64,000 nucleotides of DNA from Actinomycetota bacterium (lineage in GTDB: Bacteria > Actinomycetota > Actinomycetes > JAKEEW01): contig JBKOZJ010000043.1 in the NCBI GenBank assembly GCA_046725875.1, forward strand, positions 2,608-66,607. The letters run 5' to 3'. Within the stretch, counting starts at the first letter, position 1. Every line of letters starts with the position of its first letter. Positions 1 to 15,245 of the stretch are shown here, piece by piece. The position numbers and the translations under genes were made by a program. Below the pieces are notes generated by a model. It was not told where the DNA came from. It searched no databases and saw only the letters and a program-made list of their open reading frames with translations.

Positions 1-2478
<2,478 letters not shown>

Positions 2479-2540
2479 ATCAGTTTCTTCAGCCTGTCGT
2501 TTCGTGGGGTGATTCGAAGGTGCCCCATGTGGGATGGGCG

Positions 2541-2912
2541 TCAGGACTCGAGCTGGCGACGCCGGCCGGTGAGCTGGCTGAGCATCGCCGCCGCCGCGGA
2601 CAGCGTCTGCGCGAGGTCGGCCTCGAGCCTGGCCACCCGGTCTTGGAGCGTGACGACCTCGTTCTCCAGCTCCAGAATCCGCTTGATCCCGGCAAGGTTG
2701 ATGCCCTCGTTCTGGGAGAGCCGCTGCACCTCACGGAGCATGTAGATATCGCGGGAGGAGTAGCGACGGCCCCGTCCCGGGGTGCGGCCGGGCGATACCA
2801 GTCCCATCCGGTCGTACTGGCGAAGTGTCTGCGGGTGCAGGCCGGACAGCTGCGCCGCAATCGAGATCACGTAGATGGGCGTGTCGTCGGTCAGTTCGAA
2901 CGGGTCGCGCAT
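2541..2912 (-). CDS. hspR: Heat-shock repressor HspR (MerR family)
   Basis: [28 protein letters not shown]...[14 protein letters not shown]; directly after dnaJ. Confidence 0.96.
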   Translation of the reverse strand: MRDPFELTDDTPIYVISIAAQLSGLHPQTLRQYDRMGLVSPGRTPGRGRRYSSRDIYMLREVQRLSQNEGINLAGIKRILELENEVVTLQDRVARLEADLAQTLSAAAAMLSQLTGRRRQLES

Positions 2913-2913
2913 C

Positions 2914-4095
2914 TCATTCTCCGTGTGTCGCAGCACCTGACAGGCTTTGCCGAGGGTCGTGATCGGCGGTCGCGACGCGGTAGGCCTCGAGCGCCTCTCG
3001 CGCCTTGCCGCTGAGGTTCTGCGGCACCGCCACGTCGACGGAGACCAGCAGGTCGCCGCGCATACCGTCGCGCCTCGGTACCCCCTTGCCGCGCACCCGG
3101 AACGTACGACCAGAGGAGGTGCCGGGCGGGACCTTCACGGTCACCGGAGGCCCGCCGAGCGTCGGCACCTTCACCTCCCCGCCGAGCACAGCCTCGGGGA
3201 AGGTGACCGGAACGTTGATCGTGAGGTGATCGCCCTTGCGGCCAAAGAGCGGGTGCTTCTTCACGTGGACCAACACGTAGAGGTCACCGGCCGGTCCGCC
3301 GCGCTCACCCGTGACCCCCTTGCCCTTAAGTCGGATCCGCTGCCCGTCCGAGACACCCGCCGGAATCCGTACGGCCATGTTGCGGGTGCTTGGCGCGCGA
3401 CCGGACCCGTGGCATGTCGGGCACGGGTCGTCGACCACGAGGCCGCGCCCCCGGCAGAACCGGCAGGGCTCGGTGAACGCGAAGCCGCCCTGATTCGCTG
3501 CTACTTGGCCGGTGCCCATGCACTCGGGGCAGACCCGCGGGGTTGTGCCCGCCCTGGCCCCGGTGCCGGCGCAGTCCCGGCACGGTTGCTCGCTGGTCAT
3601 CCGCAGGTTTACGGTCGCGCCCTCTACCGCCTCGACGAATGAGATGGTTACCTCCGACTCGACGTCGGCGCCGCGGCGCGGGCGAGTGGCGGCCCCGGAT
3701 CGGCGGGTCCGGTCGCCGAACAGGCCGCCGAGGATGTCGCCGAGCCCGCCGCCGCTTCCGGCCGTCCTGGCATCGCCGAACAGATCGCCGAAGTCGAAGG
3801 TGGCTCCCTCGCCGGGCCGTCCACCGGTCGGAGCACCGCGGGGGAAACGGAAGCCGGCGCCGAAGAGCTGCCGCGCCTCGTCGTACTCCTTCCGGCGCTT
3901 GGCATCAGAAAGAACGTCGTAGGCCTCGGATATTTCCTTGAACCGCTCCTCGGCCGCGGCGTCGCCCTTGTTCGCATCGGGATGGAATTTCCTCGCGAGC
4001 TTCCGATATGCCTTCTTGATGTCCCCGGCCGACGCGTCCTTCGGGACGCCGAGGACCTTGTAGTAGTCCTTCTCGAGATAGTCTCTCGTGCTCAT
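2914..4095 (-). CDS. dnaJ: Chaperone DnaJ
   Basis: J domain with HPD, G/F-rich region, four CxxCxGxG repeats. Confidence 0.98.
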   Translation of the reverse strand: MSTRDYLEKDYYKVLGVPKDASAGDIKKAYRKLARKFHPDANKGDAAAEERFKEISEAYDVLSDAKRRKEYDEARQLFGAGFRFPRGAPTGGRPGEGATFDFGDLFGDARTAGSGGGLGDILGGLFGDRTRRSGAATRPRRGADVESEVTISFVEAVEGATVNLRMTSEQPCRDCAGTGARAGTTPRVCPECMGTGQVAANQGGFAFTEPCRFCRGRGLVVDDPCPTCHGSGRAPSTRNMAVRIPAGVSDGQRIRLKGKGVTGERGGPAGDLYVLVHVKKHPLFGRKGDHLTINVPVTFPEAVLGGEVKVPTLGGPPVTVKVPPGTSSGRTFRVRGKGVPRRDGMRGDLLVSVDVAVPQNLSGKAREALEAYRVATADHDPRQSLSGAATHGE

Positions 4096-4134
4096 TCGCG
4101 GCGTCCCTCCTTTCTACCTCGACCCGCCGGTCCG

Positions 4135-4881
4135 TTATTCGCTGTTGTCGTGGCCATCGGAGACCTCGCCGCCGCTTGGGTCGTACGGCTCAGGCTCCGC
4201 GACGGCCACCCGGGCCGGCCGAATGATCCGGTCCCCCAGGCGGTAGCCCGGCTGGACCACGGTGACGCAGGTGGCCTCCGAGACATCGGTGGAGTACGAG
4301 TGCAGCAGCGCTTCATGCACGGTCGGATCGAACGGCTCGCCGGCCGAGCCGAAGCGCTCCAGCCCGAACTTCTCCACCAGCCGCTCGAGTGACTCGGCCA
4401 CTGCTTTGAAGCCGCCTTCGAGCTCACCGTGGTCGCGGGCGCGGCCGATGTCGTCGAGCACCGGAAGCAAGCCGGCCAGCACGGCCGCGGTCGCCTGAGC
4501 CTTCACCGCCTCGCGGTCTCGGTCGACCCGCTTGCGATAGTTGGCATACTCGGCCGTCACCCGCTGTAGGTCGGCGGTGCGCTCGGCGAGCTCCTTCTCG
4601 AGCTCGGCCACGCGCTTCTGGGCGGCCGCCCGCTCCTTGTCGGCCGACCGATCCTTTTCAGCGGCCTTCTCGGCGTGTTTGTCAGCCTTGGCCGTCCCGG
4701 CCGCAGCCTTTCCACCGGTCTCCTTCGCGGCCCGCGCCTTCGCGACGCCGGCCACCGCCGCCTGGGCGGCGCGGCCAGGCGCCCCGCCACCGGCCGGGTC
4801 TTTGACCTGGCCGGTGCGCGGGTCGATCCGTCGCCGGTCGTGGACCACGAGGTCCTCGCGGTCGTGCTCGGGTTTCGTCAT
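4135..4881 (-). CDS. grpE: Nucleotide exchange factor GrpE
   Basis: LQRVTAEYANYRKR, FDPTVHEAL, GYRLGDRIIRPARVAV; start placed at ATG 4881. Confidence 0.95.
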   Translation of the reverse strand: MTKPEHDREDLVVHDRRRIDPRTGQVKDPAGGGAPGRAAQAAVAGVAKARAAKETGGKAAAGTAKADKHAEKAAEKDRSADKERAAAQKRVAELEKELAERTADLQRVTAEYANYRKRVDRDREAVKAQATAAVLAGLLPVLDDIGRARDHGELEGGFKAVAESLERLVEKFGLERFGSAGEPFDPTVHEALLHSYSTDVSEATCVTVVQPGYRLGDRIIRPARVAVAEPEPYDPSGGEVSDGHDNSE

Positions 4882-4940
4882 TCTTGCTCCGCTTGCAACG
4901 CCAGAACTGGCTCCCTGCCGGCTCAATGCAGCAGGAGGCG

Positions 4941-6818
<1,878 letters not shown>

Positions 6819-6853
6819 GGTGACTGCCTCCGTGAGGATTGTGATCGTGCAGA

Positions 6854-6874
6854 GTTGAGTCAGACGGACTCAAG
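6854..6874. promoter_or_regulatory. HAIR operator 1 (HspR site)
   Basis: gTTGAGT-cagacgg-ACTCAAG, 13/14 match to CTTGAGT-N7-ACTCAAG, upstream of dnaK. Confidence 0.93.
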
Positions 6875-6902
6875 TCTTACTCGCGAGGTCCTGGAACGTC
6901 AA
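6874..6902 (-). promoter_or_regulatory. Probable housekeeping-sigma promoter of dnaK operon
   Basis: Minus strand TTGACG-N17-TAAGAC(T), between the two HAIR sites. Confidence 0.6.
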
Positions 6903-6907
6903 GTCAC

Positions 6908-6928
6908 CTTGAGCCAAGGCGGCTCATC
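6908..6928. promoter_or_regulatory. HAIR operator 2 (degenerate)
   Basis: CTTGAGC-caaggcg-GCTCATC, same N7 spacing. Confidence 0.7.
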
Positions 6929-7106
6929 TTCTGTTGATCATGCCAGCCGCCAGGACGCCGCCAAGGTAAAGCACCGCGAGCGACGCGCATATTTCCAGCA
7001 GAGTGATCAGCCGCCCGGCTGCCCACGCAGCCCGGCGGCGCGGCCGAAGCCAGGCCCAGTAGGCCACGACCACTCCCCATAGCAGTGGGCCGAGCGCGTC
7101 ACCCAT
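6924..7106 (-). CDS. Possible small membrane protein (60 aa)
   Basis: MGDALGPLLWGVVVAYWAWL...LAVLYLGGVLAAGM, two hydrophobic segments; weak RBS. Confidence 0.35.
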   Translation of the reverse strand: MGDALGPLLWGVVVAYWAWLRPRRRAAWAAGRLITLLEICASLAVLYLGGVLAAGMINRR

Positions 7107-7332
7107 CCTGGGAGACGACCGTACCGGCCCGCTGCTGCCGCCTGTCCCGCGTCCTGGGTCTACTGTACAGTGATCTTGGTCAGCCCGGGTGCGCGCGTCC
7201 CCAGGTAGCTCGTTGAGCCGGTCGAATAGTACGTGCGGTAGACGGAACCCCCCGGGAGGACGCGGCTGCGCGAAGAGTAGCGAGGTGGACGAGGACCGCG
7301 CTAGGTCCCGTGACCTGCCTGTAGTTACGACG

Positions 7333-8502
7333 TCACGCGACCTGGCGACCGTTCTTCCAGGTCTGATGTACGAGCGGAACGCCCGGCCGATACGCCAAAT
7401 GCAGATAGCTCGGTGCATCGAGTACGGCGAAATCCGCGGTCGCACCCGGTGACAGCCGCCCGACATCGGTACGCCGCAACGCGGTAGCTCCACCGAGGGT
7501 TGCGGCCCACAAGGCCTCTGCCGGTGTCATTCGCATCTCGCGTACTGCGAGCCCAATGCAGAACGGCATGCTTGTGGTGTAGGACGAGCCCGGATTGCAG
7601 TCGGTCGCTAGCGCGACCGTCGCGCCCGCATCGAGCAGTTGACGGGCATTGGGATACGGCGAGCGGGTCGAGAACTCGGCCCCCGGCAGCAGCGTGGCCA
7701 CCGTGGCGGACCCGGCGAGTGCATCGACGTCGGCGCTGGATAGATGGGTGCAATGGTCTGCAGACGCGGCACCCAGCGCTACTGCGACCTGCACGCCCGG
7801 ACCCGGACGGAGCTGGTTCGCGTGGATGCGAGCCCCGAGCCCGCGGGCCATTCCAGCGGTGAGGATCTTCCGGCTGGCCGCCGCGTCGAACGCGCCTTCC
7901 TCGCAGAACACATCGACCCACCGGGAGTGAGGCACGCACCCATCCAGCATCTCCGTGCACACCAGGTCGACATAACCCGCTGGGTCGTTGCCGAACTCAG
8001 CGGGGACGACGTGGGCGCCCAGGTAGGTGACCTCGTCCGCGTAGGCGGCGGCGATCTCAACCGAGCGCGCCTCGTCCGCCACCGTGAGGCCGTATCCCGA
8101 CTTGCACTCGATCGTGGTCGTCCCCTGCTGGCGCGCCTCGCGCACCAGCCTGACGACGTTGCCGGCGAGCGTTTCGGCCGATGCCGCGCGGGTCGCGGCC
8201 ACGGTGGTATGGATACCGCCCGCCGAGTACGGCTGCCCGGTCATCCGGGCCGCGAACTCGGCCGCTCGGTCGCCGGCGAAGACCAGATGCGCATGGCTGT
8301 CGACGAAGCCGGGGATCACGGCTCGCCCGCCGACGTCGAACGTCGCGTCGGCCGTCGGCGCGCTCATTGCCGGCCCGACCCACCCGATCCGACCGCCCTC
8401 GACGACAAGCGCGGCTTCCGGCACGAGGCCGAGCGCGCTCGGTCCGAGGCTGTCGTCGTTGGTGACGAGCTCTCGCATACCTGTGACCAACAGCGCGGTC
8501 AC
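7333..8502 (-). CDS. hutI: Imidazolonepropionase
   Basis: [36 protein letters not shown]; GTG start with GAGGA RBS. Confidence 0.95.
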   Translation of the reverse strand: MTALLVTGMRELVTNDDSLGPSALGLVPEAALVVEGGRIGWVGPAMSAPTADATFDVGGRAVIPGFVDSHAHLVFAGDRAAEFAARMTGQPYSAGGIHTTVAATRAASAETLAGNVVRLVREARQQGTTTIECKSGYGLTVADEARSVEIAAAYADEVTYLGAHVVPAEFGNDPAGYVDLVCTEMLDGCVPHSRWVDVFCEEGAFDAAASRKILTAGMARGLGARIHANQLRPGPGVQVAVALGAASADHCTHLSSADVDALAGSATVATLLPGAEFSTRSPYPNARQLLDAGATVALATDCNPGSSYTTSMPFCIGLAVREMRMTPAEALWAATLGGATALRRTDVGRLSPGATADFAVLDAPSYLHLAYRPGVPLVHQTWKNGRQVA

Positions 8503-8518
8503 GACGGCTCGTTCCTCA

Positions 8519-9919
8519 TCAGTCAGTCGCTCCGGACACCGAGGAGATGCTACGGCGGAGCGCATCCGGTACGTCGTCGACGAGAAGATGCCGTCCATCC
8601 CGGACGATGTCGCGGCCTCCGGCAACGACATGCCGGACGTCTGCCGCCGTAGCGGCGTACACGACCGCTTCGGCCGCAGTTGACCGCTGCCAGCCTGCCA
8701 GCCGGACGGAATCGGCGTCGACGACGACGAGGTCGGCCACGGCCCCCGGCGCGATCACGCCAGCCTCGGGCCAGCACAAGCTCGCGTGTCCGGCCGCCGT
8801 CGCAGCGTTGAGCAGCTCCGCAGCCGTCCAGTGGCCGCGCATTTCGGTCCGCAGCCGCTCGCCGTGCTCCACCGCCCGGGCCTCCTCGAACAAGTCGATC
8901 GTGGAGTGCCCGTCGGTGCCCAGCGTGAGCGGAGAGCCTGCGGCGACGAGCGCCCGGGCCGGGCCGATCCCGTCGGCGAGGTCGCGCTCTGTCGTGGGGC
9001 ACATGCAGACCGCCGTCCCGCAGCCACCGATCAGAGCGATGTCGCCCTCGGTGAGATGCGTCGCATGAACGGCAGTGGTTCGTGGTCCGAATACGCCCGC
9101 TTCGTAGAAGACCGCGGTCGGCGTTCGGCCATAAGCCGCGGCACACTCGTCGTTCTCGGCGCGCTGCTCGGACAAATGCAAGTGGATGGGCGCGCCATGG
9201 TGATGCGACCAGGCAACTACCGGACCGAACTGCTCGGGCGGCACCGCCCGTACGGAATGCAGCGCGGCACCGACCCGGACACCGTCCAACGCCGCCATTC
9301 GGTCCGGCACGTGAAGCTCGGCCAAACGCTCCGCCCAGCGGTGGGCGTCTCCATCGCCGAAGCGTCGCTGCACGCCCCGCAGCGGCTTGCCGATTCCACC
9401 GCTGAGGTAGAGCGTGTCGAGCAGGGTGATTCGCACGCCGCCGCGATGCGCGGCGGCGATCAACGCCTGGCCCATCGCGTTCGGGTCGTCGTAGCGTCGC
9501 CCACCGGGCGCGTGGTGGAGGTAATGAAACTCACCGACACAGGTGATGCCGGCAAGCGCCATCTCCGCATAGACGGCGGTGGCGAGCTCCAGGTAGCCAT
9601 CGGGCTCCAGCCGCGCCGCAATCTCATACATCTGGTCCCGCCAGGTCCAGAAGGTCCCGCTGCGCGCCTCGGCGTGCCCGCGCAATGCCCGGTGGAAGGC
9701 GTGCGAATGCGCATTGGCGAGACCCGGGACTACGAGCCCCGGCAGCCGCTCGGTCTCTGGTGGGGGTGGAACTCCGGGCTGGACTGTGGTGAACAGACCA
9801 TCCGCCGCCTCGAGGAGGACGCCGGGCTCGAACCGGTCGCCGAGCCAGGCGAGCTCGGCGTGCCACCGGCGGAGGCTCCTAGACCGCGCACGCCCCGAAT
9901 TCTCTTGGTCCTCATTCAT
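8519..9919 (-). CDS. hutF: Formimidoylglutamate deiminase
   Basis: [46 protein letters not shown]. Confidence 0.93.
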   Translation of the reverse strand: MNEDQENSGRARSRSLRRWHAELAWLGDRFEPGVLLEAADGLFTTVQPGVPPPPETERLPGLVVPGLANAHSHAFHRALRGHAEARSGTFWTWRDQMYEIAARLEPDGYLELATAVYAEMALAGITCVGEFHYLHHAPGGRRYDDPNAMGQALIAAAHRGGVRITLLDTLYLSGGIGKPLRGVQRRFGDGDAHRWAERLAELHVPDRMAALDGVRVGAALHSVRAVPPEQFGPVVAWSHHHGAPIHLHLSEQRAENDECAAAYGRTPTAVFYEAGVFGPRTTAVHATHLTEGDIALIGGCGTAVCMCPTTERDLADGIGPARALVAAGSPLTLGTDGHSTIDLFEEARAVEHGERLRTEMRGHWTAAELLNAATAAGHASLCWPEAGVIAPGAVADLVVVDADSVRLAGWQRSTAAEAVVYAATAADVRHVVAGGRDIVRDGRHLLVDDVPDALRRSISSVSGATD

Positions 9920-11198
9920 TGTCGGGCCGGGTGGTGAGGTCGTCGAGCACGGCGGCGAGCGCGACGACACCAACGATGCAATCAGACCGGTCGGCGTGTT
10001 CGTGGGGCGAGTGGGACACGCCGGTCGGGTTGCGCACGAACAGCATGGCCGCCGGTACGACGCCGGCGAGCACGCCTGCGTCGTGCCCGGCACCTGTCGG
10101 CAGGACCGGAACTCCCGGCTGCTCCGGTAGAGGGGACACTTGCTCCAACAAGCTCGGCGCAAGGGTCCCTTCTACCAACTGGGCGAGCCGAGCGGTCAGG
10201 AGCGGGTCGAACTTAACAGCGGGGAACCATGACTCGCGGTCAACCAGGGCGCCGGCAGCGCCGGCAGCGCCGGCCAACGGCCCGACGAGCTTGTCAACGA
10301 TCTCCTCGTTTGGTGCTCGGGCATCCAACCAGGCACGGATGAGCGAGGGAACAGCGTTGGTCGCGTTCGGTTCGACGACGACCTTGCCGAAGGTGGCGAG
10401 CGCACCGAACTGCTCGGCCAGGGCCCGAGCATCTAGCACAGCCCGCGCAAACGCGAGCATCGGGTCGTTACGGTCGTCGAGGCGGGTGGTCCCGGCATGA
10501 TCGGCACGGCCGACGAAGTCGAACCGCCACCTGCCGTGCGGCCAGATCCGTTCGGCAACCGCAAGCGGGTGCCCCAGGTCGGCGAGCGCGCGTCCCTGCT
10601 CGATGTGCAGCTCGACAAACGTGCCGATCCGGGCCAAGGCCTTGTCGTCCCGGCCGAGGCGGCCGGGGTCGCGACCGGCGGATCGCATGGCATCGGCCAA
10701 CGTCGTGCCGTCGGCGTCGCTCAGGCCCCGCGCTCGCTCCGGATCGAGTACCCCGGTCAGCAACCGCGAGCCGACACATGCGACGCCGAACCTCGCGCCT
10801 TCCTCATCGGCGAAGCACACGATGGCGAGGGACCGCGGCGGCTTCGAAACGTGCTTCGAGCGAATCAGATCGACGGCGCAGAAGGCCGACACGATGCCCA
10901 ACGGACCGTCGAACGGCCCGCCGTCCGGCACGCTGTCGAGGTGGCTGCCGGTTACCACCGAGCCGGGGCGTGGTTCGCCCCACCATGCCCACAGGTTGCC
11001 GTTGCGATCGGTCTCCACGGACATGGCTCGGGCCCTGGCCGCCTGATGGAACCAGTCGCGGGCCTCCTGGTCGGCCGGCGACCAGGCAGACCGGCGATAC
11101 CCCCCGCTGTCCTGGTCCCGGCCGATCGGGAGGAGCGATTCCCACAGCTTCCGGAACGACTCGGCAACGAGCCCGCTGGCCTCAGCGTCCATCGTCAT
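9912..11198 (-). CDS. M20-family Zn amidohydrolase (allantoate amidohydrolase-like)
   Basis: TGSHLDSVPDGGPFDG, DEEGARF, ELHIEQG, GAGHDA, SHSPHE. Confidence 0.88.
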   Translation of the reverse strand: MTMDAEASGLVAESFRKLWESLLPIGRDQDSGGYRRSAWSPADQEARDWFHQAARARAMSVETDRNGNLWAWWGEPRPGSVVTGSHLDSVPDGGPFDGPLGIVSAFCAVDLIRSKHVSKPPRSLAIVCFADEEGARFGVACVGSRLLTGVLDPERARGLSDADGTTLADAMRSAGRDPGRLGRDDKALARIGTFVELHIEQGRALADLGHPLAVAERIWPHGRWRFDFVGRADHAGTTRLDDRNDPMLAFARAVLDARALAEQFGALATFGKVVVEPNATNAVPSLIRAWLDARAPNEEIVDKLVGPLAGAAGAAGALVDRESWFPAVKFDPLLTARLAQLVEGTLAPSLLEQVSPLPEQPGVPVLPTGAGHDAGVLAGVVPAAMLFVRNPTGVSHSPHEHADRSDCIVGVVALAAVLDDLTTRPDNE

Positions 11199-11232
11199 CG
11201 TTGGGGTCGCGGGGTCGGCGGGCTGCCGGGAC

Positions 11233-12927
11233 TCACGACACCCGCGAGGGCATGGGAATCCGTACACCTCGTTCGGACGCGACCTCTGCGGCGTGCTCGT
11301 AGCCCGCATCGACATGACGCATCACGCCGCTGCCGGGGTCGTTCGTGAGGACGCGCGCGACCTTCTCGGCGGCGAGTGCGGTCCCGTCGGCGACCGTGAC
11401 TTGACCGGCGTGGATCGACCGCCCGATGCCCACACCACCACCGTGGTGGATCGACACCCATGACGCGCCGGAGGCGACGTTGAGCATGGCATTCAGCAGC
11501 GGCCAGTCGGCGATCGCATCGGAGCCGTCGGCCATGCCCTCGGTCTCGCGGTAGGGCGATGCCACCGAACCCGCGTCTAGGTGATCCCGGCCGATGACGA
11601 CCGGCGCCTTCAGGCGGCCGTCGGCAACCATCTCGTTGAACCGCAGCCCGGCCTTGTCCCGCTCGCCGTAGCCGAGCCAGCAGATCCGAGCCGGTAGGCC
11701 CTGGTAGTGAACCTTCTCGCCGGCCATCCGGATCCACCGGGCGAGCGCATGATTGTCCGGGAAGAGGTCCAGGATCGCCCGGTCGGTGGCGGCGATGTCG
11801 GCCGGGTCGCCCGACAGTGCGGCCCAGCGGAACGGGCCCTTGCCCGCGCAGAACAGCGGCCTGATGTAGGCGGGAACGAAGCCTGGGAAGTCGAAGGCTC
11901 TGGTATAGCCGGCAAGCTGGGCCTCGCCGCGGATGGAATTCCCGTAATCGAACACCTCGGCACCGGCGTCCCGAAAGCCGACCATCGCCTCGACGTGTTT
12001 GGCCATCGAATCGCGGGCGCGCTTGGTAAAGCCGACCGGGTCCTGCTCACGCTCGGTTGCCCAATCCTCGAAGGCGATAGCGAGCGGGAGATATGCCAGC
12101 GGGTCGTGGGCGCTTGTCTGGTCGGTGACGATGTCGATCTGCGCACCCATGGCGAGCAGCTGCGGAACGAGCTCCGCCGCATTTCCGAGTAGCCCGATGG
12201 AGAGCGGCCGCCGCGCATCGCGGGCTTCGACGGCGAGCGCGAGGGCATCGTCGACCGACTCGGCTTGCGTGTCGAGATAGCGGTGTTCGAGGCGACGGCT
12301 AATCCGCGACGGGTCACACTCGACACAAATGACCACGCCCTCGTTCATCGTCACCGCGAGCGGTTGCGCTCCGCCCATCCCGCCCAAGCCCGCGGTGAGA
12401 GTGATCGTTCCGGCCAGGGAAGCACCTGTCGGGTCGGCGCCCCGCCGGCCGGCAAGCTTGGCCGCGACGGCGGCGAACGTCTCGTAGGTGCCCTGCAAGA
12501 TGCCCTGCGTACCGATGTAGATCCACGAACCCGCGGTCATCTGGCCGTACATCGTCAACCCGAGCGCCTCAAGCCGCCGGAACTCCTCCCACGTCGCCCA
12601 CTCCGGGACCAGGTTAGAGTTCGCGATGAGTACGCGGGGCGCCCACTCGTGGGTCGTGAAGATTCCGACTGGTTTGCCGGACTGGACCAGCAATGTCTCA
12701 TCGACGCCCAACGTCCGCAACGTCTTGACGATCGCGTCGTACGCGGCCCAAGATCGTGCTGCCCGTCCGGTCCCGCCGTATACGACCAGGTCCTCCGGGT
12801 GCTCGGCCACCTCGGGGTCGAGGTTGTTCATGAGCATCCGCAGCGCCGCCTCCTGCGGCCACCCCCGCGCGGAGATCTCCGCACCGCGCGGCGCTCGCAC
12901 CACCCGCGGCCCGCTCGCCAGCATCAT
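11233..12927 (-). CDS. hutU: Urocanate hydratase
   Basis: [44 protein letters not shown]. Confidence 0.98.
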   Translation of the reverse strand: MMLASGPRVVRAPRGAEISARGWPQEAALRMLMNNLDPEVAEHPEDLVVYGGTGRAARSWAAYDAIVKTLRTLGVDETLLVQSGKPVGIFTTHEWAPRVLIANSNLVPEWATWEEFRRLEALGLTMYGQMTAGSWIYIGTQGILQGTYETFAAVAAKLAGRRGADPTGASLAGTITLTAGLGGMGGAQPLAVTMNEGVVICVECDPSRISRRLEHRYLDTQAESVDDALALAVEARDARRPLSIGLLGNAAELVPQLLAMGAQIDIVTDQTSAHDPLAYLPLAIAFEDWATEREQDPVGFTKRARDSMAKHVEAMVGFRDAGAEVFDYGNSIRGEAQLAGYTRAFDFPGFVPAYIRPLFCAGKGPFRWAALSGDPADIAATDRAILDLFPDNHALARWIRMAGEKVHYQGLPARICWLGYGERDKAGLRFNEMVADGRLKAPVVIGRDHLDAGSVASPYRETEGMADGSDAIADWPLLNAMLNVASGASWVSIHHGGGVGIGRSIHAGQVTVADGTALAAEKVARVLTNDPGSGVMRHVDAGYEHAAEVASERGVRIPMPSRVS

Positions 12928-13041
12928 GATCAGCCTCCCTCGGCTCCCACCAACCCGGCTCTCAGGCTATTGCCGCGCGGACGGGTGTATTCGATCCGGC
13001 TTGCGATAACAATCCCCCGCGCGTGCCGGGCGGGGTGCACC

Positions 13042-13374
13042 TCAATGCAGCGCCACGGTAAGCAACACCACGGATGGCTCGAGGGCCTCGACGGCGTGCC
13101 GCTGCGGCGGAGCCGCGACCAGATCTCCTGGCCCGAGCTCCGCATACGATTCGCCGGCGCGCAGCACAACCCGCCCCCGTAGGCACAGCAGCGACGCATC
13201 ACCTGGGCTCTTGTGCTTTGCCATCGCCCGTCCGGCCGCAAGAGCCACCACCGTCTGCCGCAGCCGGGCGCCCGACCTGCCGTACACCGTCACCGAGCTT
13301 CGCCCACTCCGGGCCTCCGTCGTGGCGGCAAGAAGACGGTCCTCGGCCAGCGTGTCGATCGACGCAACCTCCAT
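13042..13374 (-). CDS. Cupin-domain protein
   Basis: LRQTVVALAAG...HKSPGDASLLCLRGRV...PPQRHAVEALEPSVVLLTV. Confidence 0.8.
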   Translation of the reverse strand: MEVASIDTLAEDRLLAATTEARSGRSSVTVYGRSGARLRQTVVALAAGRAMAKHKSPGDASLLCLRGRVVLRAGESYAELGPGDLVAAPPQRHAVEALEPSVVLLTVALH

Positions 13375-13512
13375 GAAGGTCGATGGTGGCACGAGACCTT
13401 GAAGTACCGGCAGGTGGACTATCAGCTGCCTGGCGCCTTCCCTTCAACCGCCGACATGTCCTCCTCTAGGAGCGCCTGGCCCGTGCCGGGCCCTAGCGCA
13501 GTCCTGCACGAC

Positions 13513-14151
13513 CTACCCGTGCGTGAGTTCGCCGACCGGCAACGGCACGGGCACTGTGTTGCCGGCCGGCGCCAGCGGGCAGGTCCACAGCGGGCTGTAG
13601 GCGCAGGACGGGTTGTAGGCGAAGTTGAGGTCGACGACGAGGCGGCCGTCGCGCAGGTCGCCGCCGAGGTCGGCGCCCTTGACGGTGTCCAGGACATACC
13701 GGCCCCCGCCGTATGTATGGGTGCCGGCGAGGGCATCCTTGACCGGCACGAACACGCCGCCGCCGTATGACTCGAGCCACCACACATCGAGATCGCCGAC
13801 GGTCGGCAGGTGCAGCACCCCGATCCGGGTGAACGGAACAACTCCATCTGTCATGGTCGGCACCTCCCAGCGCATCGGCTCGACCTCAGTCTCAACGGTG
13901 GCCTCGAACCGCAGCTCCGGCTGGTAGATCCCGATCTTGGCGCCGCGAAACGCCGCGCGCTCCTCAGCGGGCACGGGCGAGGCGGGATGGGCTGCCAGCA
14001 GCTCGTCCCGCCTCGCCCGCCAGAGCGCATGCGCCTCGGCTGGGTCGCCCGCCGCGCGGACGGCGCCGTAAAGCGCGAACACCTTGCGGCGCCAGTCGGC
14101 CACGGCCATTGAGAACGCACCACGGCCGGGCGCCGCCTGTTCCGGGTTCAC
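13513..14151 (-). CDS. DUF1684-family protein
   Basis: TYGGGRYVLD, DLNFAYNPSCAYSPLWTCPLAP. Confidence 0.9.
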   Translation of the reverse strand: MNPEQAAPGRGAFSMAVADWRRKVFALYGAVRAAGDPAEAHALWRARRDELLAAHPASPVPAEERAAFRGAKIGIYQPELRFEATVETEVEPMRWEVPTMTDGVVPFTRIGVLHLPTVGDLDVWWLESYGGGVFVPVKDALAGTHTYGGGRYVLDTVKGADLGGDLRDGRLVVDLNFAYNPSCAYSPLWTCPLAPAGNTVPVPLPVGELTHG

Positions 14152-14158
14152 ACCGCGC

Positions 14159-15109
14159 TCAGATCAGGCCCTTCTCTTTGAGATAGGCCTGCGCCACGCC
14201 GGCGGGCTCCATGCGCTCACCGTCGACCTTTAGGTTCAGCTGCGACAGATCCTCGGTCGTCAGCACGTTGGCCAGCTTGTTCAGCGCCTCGGCGATCGCC
14301 GGGTCTCCAGCGCTCTTCGCATTGACGAACGGCACGAGGTTGTCGGCGAGTTGTAGGTGCTTGTCGTCCTCGAGGATGACGAGGTCGAACTGGTCCAGCG
14401 TGCCGTCCGTCGTGCCCACCAGTCCAAGCTGCGCTGTACCGTCCTCCACCGCCTGCTTGGTTTGGGTACTGCCGAAGCCGAGCGGCTCGACCTTGGAGAT
14501 CTTGAGCCCATAGGTCTTCTCCAGCCCGGGCTGGCAGAACGGCCGCTCTGGGCACTCCTCGGTCGCGGCCAGCACGATCGGTCGGCCAAGCGCACCTAGG
14601 TCGGACAACGTCCGCAGGTTGTTGTCCTCGGCGAACTTCTGGGTGACCGCGAACGCGTTGGAGTCGACCGCCTTGGCGGGCTCGAGCACCGTTAGACCGT
14701 AGTCCTTGGCGAGCGGCGTCACGACCTGCACCGTCTGGGCCGCATCACTGGTGGCGACGGTGGGAGCGTCCGGGCCGTCTTTGGCGTGGTTGAGATATTC
14801 GGTCATTGTCGCGAGATACTCCGGCACGACGTCGATTTCGCCGCTTCGCAAGGCAGGGGCGTACAGCTCGCGGTTGTCGACCGACTGGACCTTGACGGTG
14901 AAGCCGGCCTTCTCAAGCAGCAGCTTGTACATCTGCTGCATCACGAGCATCTCGGTGAAATTGGCGCCGCCTACCGTGAGCTCACCTTTCGGACTGGGGG
15001 TCTGGCCAGTCGCCGCCCCGCCCTCGTCGTCGTCCCCGCCGCACGCCGACAGGGCGAGCACGAGCCCTGCGATGAGAGCAACAAGGGAATGGATCTTTGT
15101 CTTGCGCAT
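14159..15109 (-). CDS. Osmoprotectant (glycine betaine/OpuC-like) ABC substrate-binding lipoprotein
   Basis: Lipobox LSAC, GANFTE, GEIDVVPEY, LEDDKH. Confidence 0.88.
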   Translation of the reverse strand: MRKTKIHSLVALIAGLVLALSACGGDDDEGGAATGQTPSPKGELTVGGANFTEMLVMQQMYKLLLEKAGFTVKVQSVDNRELYAPALRSGEIDVVPEYLATMTEYLNHAKDGPDAPTVATSDAAQTVQVVTPLAKDYGLTVLEPAKAVDSNAFAVTQKFAEDNNLRTLSDLGALGRPIVLAATEECPERPFCQPGLEKTYGLKISKVEPLGFGSTQTKQAVEDGTAQLGLVGTTDGTLDQFDLVILEDDKHLQLADNLVPFVNAKSAGDPAIAEALNKLANVLTTEDLSQLNLKVDGERMEPAGVAQAYLKEKGLI

Positions 15110-15245
15110 TGGCGGCACACCGCCTTCCTGGTCCGCCTTCTGTGTCCCGTGCCGCGCCGTGCGGCCACGCGTGTCCGGCAGGCACCGCGGGGCGCCCGCA
15201 GGTCCCAGTCAACTCCCTAGCTCTGACAGATTCGGCTCCCAACGA

